Shown piece after piece: positions 49,571-56,701 of a stretch of DNA of 56,701 nucleotides. The position numbers and the translations under genes are program-made. This stretch comes from Octopus bimaculoides. Its lineage: Eukaryota. The stretch spans positions 55,671,825 through 55,728,525 of the forward strand of contig NC_068984.1 of NCBI RefSeq assembly GCF_001194135.2, read 5' to 3'. Numbering within the stretch: position 1 is the stretch's first letter; the number at the start of each line of letters is the position of its first letter. The notes under the pieces are model-generated. The model was given only the letters and a program-made list of their open reading frames with translations, was not told the DNA's origin and ran no database searches.

Positions 49571-51654
49571 AGAACAACTTAACTTCTTTTCCAATAGTTC
49601 AAAATGTTTAGTTTACCCTTATGTTCCAAGATGGGCTCTAGAAAGAGCCGGCTTCGCAATAATCCTCCCACAATCAACATAACAAATATATTAAATGTAC
49701 TGGAATTAATTGAGTCAACATTGAGCCTACAAATACATATTTCTGCTATTTTTCCTGCTTTCCTGTAGGAACAATTAAAATATTTAAAAGTTGTGTTGTG
49801 AAGGTAAGCTTTGAATGAGCGGAGATCGTAACACTGTCTAGATCCCTGACTTTAGGATATTTGTAAACAAAATCTCGTTCAAATTTTCTGAAATAAATAT
49901 CAAGGTTTATACAGACGTATGAAATATTTGTTAACAAAAGTAAAGAATGTCTGCTCGATAAAAGAGAATGATCTAATTCTAATTCATGTAGATTATTTTC
50001 ACTATAACATTGAAATCAGTGCCTAATGTCTCATCAAAGCTAGATCTGACTAAACATGGAAAGAATGAGAGAACAGCTGAAGGTAAACAAGTGACAAAAT
50101 ATTAAATTGAACGGCTGCGGTGTTTGGAAGACAAACATGAAAAAATACAGACTGCGTTTTACTTTTAAATCGAACAAATACTTCATTATATTTTTGTTGT
50201 GTTTTTAGAAAATCATAAATATTTCGGACATGCTTTAAATTATTTCTGTACATTTATTTTCTATTAATGGGCTATGAATTGAAATAGTATCTCAGTCTCC
50301 ACATATAAAACTTTAAATCAATGATAGATATATTACGTTTTGAATATAAAATTGTTTGATACAAAATTGCAAATAGACCGAGACTCAATGCCATTTAACT
50401 CAATATAGAAGAAACATTATCGGTAAAGGAGGACGAAAATACGTTTCAATATTTCTCTATTGTGCTTGGGAATAGAGCAAAAGAAAAACCCCTAAAAGAC
50501 GATATTATGAATTTCCATGAAAAGAATAGAGTAAAAATTACGGAAGCTAAAATATTCTATTGCTCGATGCAGGAACCATTCTGTTATATTTCAAATGTAG
50601 AGCAAACAAAGAATAGTCAATCAGCTATTCTTGGTTTTAGATATGAAAACCGGAATTATATTTTCTATACTTGTCTTCTGAAATAGAAAGCATGTAATTA
50701 ACATATAGTCATATTAATGTTTGACACTGTCGGACGAGTGTTAATTTTATATGGAGTTGTGAACAAAAGAAGATAAAATATAATGTCACCTTACTTTAAA
50801 GCCGATTTATTCTCGCCTGGTAATTAATCTAATAACATTATCTGTGTTACAAATTCAAACAATACATTTTATTGAAATTTCGGAACGCATAATGTGCAGA
50901 ACTGGAAGCAAACTAACCTGTTTGACCCATTCAATCATGTGTTTTCTTTCTAAAAAAAACTTATTAAAATGAACGATACAAATAAAATCGACTAATAATT
51001 GGAAAATGTTTCCATTGTAATTGTTACTGTATTAACATTACTATAATTCTATTGAGGTCGACAAATAATATTTAGCAGTATTCCTAGCGAGAACTTGTTT
51101 AGAACCCATTTTCAGGTGCAGAATGTCATCTAGCTTTTGTAGCAGTACTTGCTCATCAATCAGTGTGTGACCTGAATTTGGATCCTTTGATTTCCACTGA
51201 TAGGGTGCGGAGGTGGTATAACTAGAACGAAAAATTGTGGTCTCACACTTACTTGTCACTAAAGGAAGTCTACAAACTAGATTTCTATCTCAGTGAGAAC
51301 CATTTGTTTTCATTCTATAATACACTACTTTCTATAATGCAGAAACATTAAATTTTTCCGATATTTTTTCCCTTTTATCTTTCACTGTGTTTTTGATAAG
51401 AAGTATTACACTGCATGTGTCAGTAATGTTAGAATTTGGGAAACCTGCAATAAGACTTCAGTGGACTTCTAGCATGGTGTTGCATACAATTATCAGAATC
51501 GTTTTAGCAGGGAACAAGCTCAAACGTACATGTAACAAATTGTCGTAACAGATTGTATATGACTTATAGTAACACTGCGAATGAAACATTTATAGGACTT
51601 TAAGGAAAATATATTTCAGCAGATTTCTTAACTTTTCGAAACACTGAGGAATGG

Positions 51655-51830
51655 GGAAGGTGACAATTTGGCAGAATAGAGTGTCAGAATGAATACCTTG
51701 CGGCATTCGTTCCAGTTTTCAGCGCACTAAATTTAAAATCTGCAATTGTCAACATTGATTTTCTGCCATTTTATAGGTCAATAAATAAGTACCAATCCAG
51801 TACTGAGATGGATTCATCTCTTTCTTTCCT
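51655..51830 (+). mobile_element. Old SINE family A
   Basis: ttggcagaat head; gtcaataaataagtacca..cagtactg. Confidence 0.45.
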
Positions 51831-52242
51831 TTCTCTCTCCGTCACTCTGTTACTCTGTCTCTTTTTTCTATGGTGTGTACCTGAATTTCAGAGATCCAGC
51901 CTTGTTAAATTACGTCACACCTATACGTCTTGAGAATTATATTAATGGTACATATACCCGTAGAATACACATCAATTTCACGAGTAGAAATTCAGTCGGC
52001 CAGAGAAATAAATTTTTGTTACGATGATCAACAGAGAATCCACAAGAACTATCTGGAACTTAGCACTGGTTTCTTATGGAGTACTCCTTATGATTAACAA
52101 GGTTTATTGTACTGTTTCATTTTATCTATTTACAAAGCTAGACGGAGTGGATGAACGACAGTTAAATACAAGTTTTGGATACGTTCATATACCGCAAGGT
52201 GACAGGCATCTTCATCAGAGAATATATTGTTTATGGCAAATG

Positions 52243-52560
52243 TAAGGCGGCGAGCTGTCAGAATCTTTAGCACGCCGGTCGAGATGCATAGCAGCATTTC
52301 GTCCCTCTCTATGTTCTGATTCAAATTCCTCCGAGATTGACTTTGCCTTTCATCATTTCGATAAAATAAGTATTTCCTGAGTATTGGGTTCAATTTCATC
52401 AGCTTTACCCCCTCCCCCAAAACTGCCTTGTGCCATAATTTGAAACCAATAGTTATGGCAGGAGTAAAGCGGTGAGCTGGCAGAAACGTTAGCGCACCGG
52501 GCAAAATGCTTAAAGGCATTTTGTCCATCTTTACGTTCTAAATTCAAAAGCCGCTGTGGT
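52243..52560 (+). mobile_element. Two tandem SINE family A copies
   Basis: aaggcggcgagctgtcagaat...ttcaaattcc..gattgactttgcctttcat; gcggtgagctggcagaaacgttagcgcaccgg. Confidence 0.85.
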
Positions 52561-53984
52561 TGGTCTCCCTACTATACATGAACTTATCAAACTTATCGCA
52601 CTTGTGATTGTTTCCGATGAATTCAATGGAACTCAATAAAATATCATCAGAGATTCTACTGGTAAACCTCACATGAAACAACAGTTCTTTTCCTTTATAA
52701 AATGGAAATGATTTTTATTGTTCGTAATAGTCATTTCTTTTCAATGTTTCGACAATAGATTTGATCGTTTATTGAAATGTATATTTTAGCAGTTCAGGAG
52801 AGTCATATTGGCAATTTGTTAAACATGCTTTATTGAATTCGCATTCCATTCCAATTTATATTGGAGTAGAGTATTGCAGTATTAGATTATAATGAACACC
52901 TACACGACGGCCAATTTTAATGCTGTTAGATATTAAAGAGGATATAGGAATAAATCCAATGGCGCGTGATACGGCCATATATACAACGTTTTCATGGAAT
53001 GCTCATTATCAAAAGCCAATAGCTGTTCGCCTCATCTTTATCATTTGCTCCAGTTGTCCATCTTCGTGAGGACGAATCAAAGCCGGTGCTTTTATGTAGT
53101 AGCTCGACGTGATAGATACATGAGCCAAATCACCAGTTGCTGTCTTTAAAAGGGGAAGTACCTTTGAATAATGTACTTCAGGATTTCCTATAGCTAGAGA
53201 GAAACTAAATGGTCAGAACGGTGATGCCTTTCATATAAGATTCGCTCAATCAGAGGTGAACTGGAAAAATAGTGACAATATTTACGGCTAAATTTCAAAT
53301 TAGAAACATACGTTGAACCTCGTATCTCCTTATTCGGATCTCCATTTAACATGAAAAAGTCCAGACTCGATTGCTTTATAGAATCTTTACGGTGAGAAAT
53401 TAATTTCGTATATCAATAATGATACAACCAAGATTAATTCATTAATTGGTCGTAAGTGATTCCACAGAAAGCCTAAATATAATTAATCTATCGGCAGTTT
53501 TATTGACTTATTCGTTTGTTTTTCAGCTGCTTCAATATTAAAGTTTCTTCAGCATTATATTATCATGACGTATGGCTATTTATTAAAAAGTACAGAATTA
53601 ATAACAACCGATTATTAGTCTAATAACTGCCATCATATGTTCCAAAGACATAAAAAAGTATTGACTACAAGTGTTGAAGAAATTGCTTCAAAAGTTGTTG
53701 AGCCCCGGGTCAGCCATAGTGAGAATTATTGCTTATAATGAACGCATAGACATTACTTCTCAGATTTTTAAAATAGCCACAGACTAAAACTACCACTGTT
53801 TAAAACAAATAATAAATATAAAGCAATGTAATTTGAAGTTATTTGGCTTCTGGTACCTTACAGTAAGTTGATAAACATTGACATTTGAATAATATCTCAA
53901 TTACATTTTGCTTGAATTCGGTATGAAAATAACTGCCTTACACCAGTTAAGGTGGTAGAATTAATCGTTCTCTAAGATTAAAAA

Positions 53985-53987
53985 AAA

Positions 53988-54018
<31 letters not shown>

Positions 54019-54020
54019 AA
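53985..54020. repeat. (AAAT)n microsatellite
   Basis: Directly visible. Confidence 0.9.
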
Positions 54021-54368
54021 CATCCACTTGGTAACGACAATAATAATATCTTAACTCTTAGTCTACTAGATGAGGGAGACTAAGGATTTGACAACAGCAT
54101 CAATAACAGGTTACACACGAAAATTCTATTTAACTTGGTATTGCAACAGATTTTCTTTCTTTCAAACTATTGTAAGAGAAGAACTCTTCACAACTAGTGC
54201 ATTATTGATTTTTTTTTTAGTGAAAGTATTGCTCCCAAGAAAACTAAATATTTCAAACCGAATATTCTGTTTCCATATAATATTATTGCAGACATTGAGA
54301 AATATAAATTATCTTAGAGACATCTGTGAAATTATATCTCAAACATACAATTGATACAAAATGAGTAT

Positions 54369-54369
<1 letters not shown>

Positions 54370-54447
<78 letters not shown>

Positions 54448-54497
54448 CGCACGCACACACATACATACATACATACATACATACATACATACATACA
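54370..54497. repeat. (CA)n then (CATA)n microsatellite
   Basis: Directly visible. Confidence 0.95.
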
Positions 54498-55144
54498 CGC
54501 TTATATTAAATGCACAAATGGAGAAAGAGTATTCAAGTACTCAATATATAAGTAGCAAACTTTATTTATTCGTTTAAAGCTGTTTCGTTGTCTCGTCTGA
54601 GAACTTTTTCGTTTTGTATATTCGTTTAGATGTCAAGACATATAATCAGTTATCCGAGCTGAAGCACAGTTCCGCCGTTGACTGAAAGAAAACTAGAGTC
54701 TTTTCTGTTGCCGTCACAGTTTTTGAAATTTGTAAATTAAGCGAACATTTTCAAATTAGGTATATTGATGCAATTTTTCGCGCTGAATATAATTTTGTTA
54801 TTCACTTGTTCCAGAAAATATTAGGAAAATGTTACAGATCTTTAAAGTTAGCTCATTTTTAAACTAATCATAAAGCTGGCGTGTTCAGCATGATAGCATT
54901 CGAAGCTGGCATGTTCTGCATGATAGCATATGAAAGCAAAACATTAAGACAAATTATTAAGCAAGATGAAAGCAAAACATTACGATGATAAAAGTTATAG
55001 GAAATTTTGTGGTTTTGATAAGTTTTAATGGATAAAATCATATGAAACGATTGAACAGTCATGTAAATGATTTAAAAAGTAAAAAAATCCCCAGCAAATC
55101 TTTTCGCTGCGGAAAATTACAAAACAAACTGTACGTTTGGGCTA

Positions 55145-55232
55145 AAGGTTAGGGTTGAAGTTGAGGGTTAGAATTAGGGCTTGGCATTCAGGGTTGGGGC
55201 TTAGAGATATAATTAAGATTTAGGGTTTAGGG
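55145..55232 (+). repeat. Degenerate telomere-like TTAGGG tract
   Basis: ggttagggttg, aattaggg, tttagggtttaggg units. Confidence 0.55.
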
Positions 55233-56701
55233 TCTGCTCGACCAGTGGGTGATTTGGGTCTAATGAATTAGTAACATGTTTTTAGTGAACACTTTTCTAA
55301 AATTTTTCTGGAAAGTGAATAACAAAATCAAATTCAACGTGAAAACTTACATCAATATACTAAATTGAAAGTTTTCACTGAATTTTTAAAATTTCAAAAA
55401 CTATGACAGCAACAGAAAAGACCCATAAGATTTTCTGTCTGATAAAATAGTACAAAACAAACGAACAGGGATATAAACTATTTAAAAAGGAAAAATTCTC
55501 AATGAAATTCTTTTGACGAAAGATTATAAAAACAAACAAACCGTACGTTATACTATAGTAATAGTTCAGTTCATGTAAACAATTAATACAACTTTTGTAG
55601 GAAAATTTCAAAAATTAAAGTTTAGAAAATAGATACTCCTGGGAGAAAATAGATAAAGAAAAACAAAAAACAAAGTAGTGGTGGTTGCAAGCAGACAACA
55701 TGTTACCATGAAAACAGGCACTAATATGTCCGTGGCTTTCGATTGGGTAAAATTTGCTAATTTAAAAGCTATTACCTTATTATTTATTAATTTATGGCAA
55801 AAATTAATTTTGTTTCCATAATTAGCATACAAAGTTACACCAGAGCACCAAATCTGAGAGCAATTGGAACAAAATTCAAAAAACAGAAAACTGTGACAGC
55901 ACCAGAAAAGATCCGACAACTACTATTTGTTTTACGAGTCTAAATTCGAAAACAGAATACTTTTGCTTCATATGTGTAATATTTAACGTATTGATTTGAT
56001 TCCATTAGTCTTCTATTTTAATTGTATTCACACCTACGTTACTTCAAACTTTGCTGATACTTTACCAATCTCGAACGGATTTTAACTCAGATCATAATTA
56101 AATATCACAAGGTATCTGTCCGACGCTCTAACCATTCTGCTAACCTCTAATCAAAATTTTTTCTCTTGATTTTATTCTATTTATTCTGTTTGCATATGAT
56201 TAAGCGAGTCGATTGATTGAATCTTTAATTGGTTGGACAATTATTAATGGTTAGCGGTAACTGTTCTGGATTTTGTACTTTAAATTCAAAACTCTCAAGG
56301 ATCAACTTTGGTTTTTACTGTTCCCATGTCAAGTAGAATCATCTCCCCCGCATCTTTCCCTCTTTTCATTCTTTCTTTCTTCTTTCCTTCTTTCTGTTTT
56401 TGTCTCATAATATTGTACATTGCACTGTGAGAAGGTCATTGGAAACCACTCACAGTGTTTCATTCTTTAGAAATTGAAGAATGATTACACTAAATGTTAG
56501 CAATATTTTCTCACCCAGCATACTAGAAAAGCCGTCAAAACTAAGACAAAGACGAGTCAATGAACGTCGATGGACCGATGTGCTGTACAATGCAAGGCTC
56601 AGTTGTCAATAATATCAGAAATATTTGATCAAACGTTCAGTCGAATTAATGTTGTTCGTTGATGTTTTCACTAGAATAATATATATATATATATATATAT
56701 A

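Noticed and set aside
52940-53000. Minus-strand YMAVSRA resembling helicase motif VI (Helitron/PIF1)
   Set aside because: An isolated 7-residue match with no other helicase motifs and stops nearby.

Overview
Eukaryotic, AT-rich, repeat-dominated draft-assembly DNA with 13 N-gaps that mostly open at microsatellites. The SINE families and microsatellite load suggest a coleoid cephalopod (Octopus-like); this rests on recognising the repeats, not on a database search. I find no confidently supportable host protein-coding gene, rRNA, tRNA gene or CRISPR array. Nearly all listed ORFs are artefacts of N-runs, microsatellites or SINEs. Supportable content: (1) the uninterrupted 3' end of an R4/Dong-like REL-endonuclease LINE at 1-414; (2) many tRNA-derived SINEs (working labels A, B, C) and another interspersed repeat (D), often tandem, nested, dimeric or inverted; (3) a decayed Penelope-like element (PLE) with a GIY-YIG domain at ~38.4-39.3 kb, plus mariner-like and CR1/L2-like remnants; (4) several foldback elements, one with head-to-head telomere-like TTAGGG/CCCTAA arms. 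The most interesting signal is a set of minimal type-I hammerhead-ribozyme-like motifs (18.65, 28.45, 36.9, 37.46/37.62 and 40.19 kb). They lie in short PLE-like, (TA)n-associated or foldback elements and have non-canonical catalytic cores. One weak candidate first exon lies at ~17.7-17.9 kb on the minus strand. All coordinates and alignments were read by hand, so repeat boundaries are approximate.
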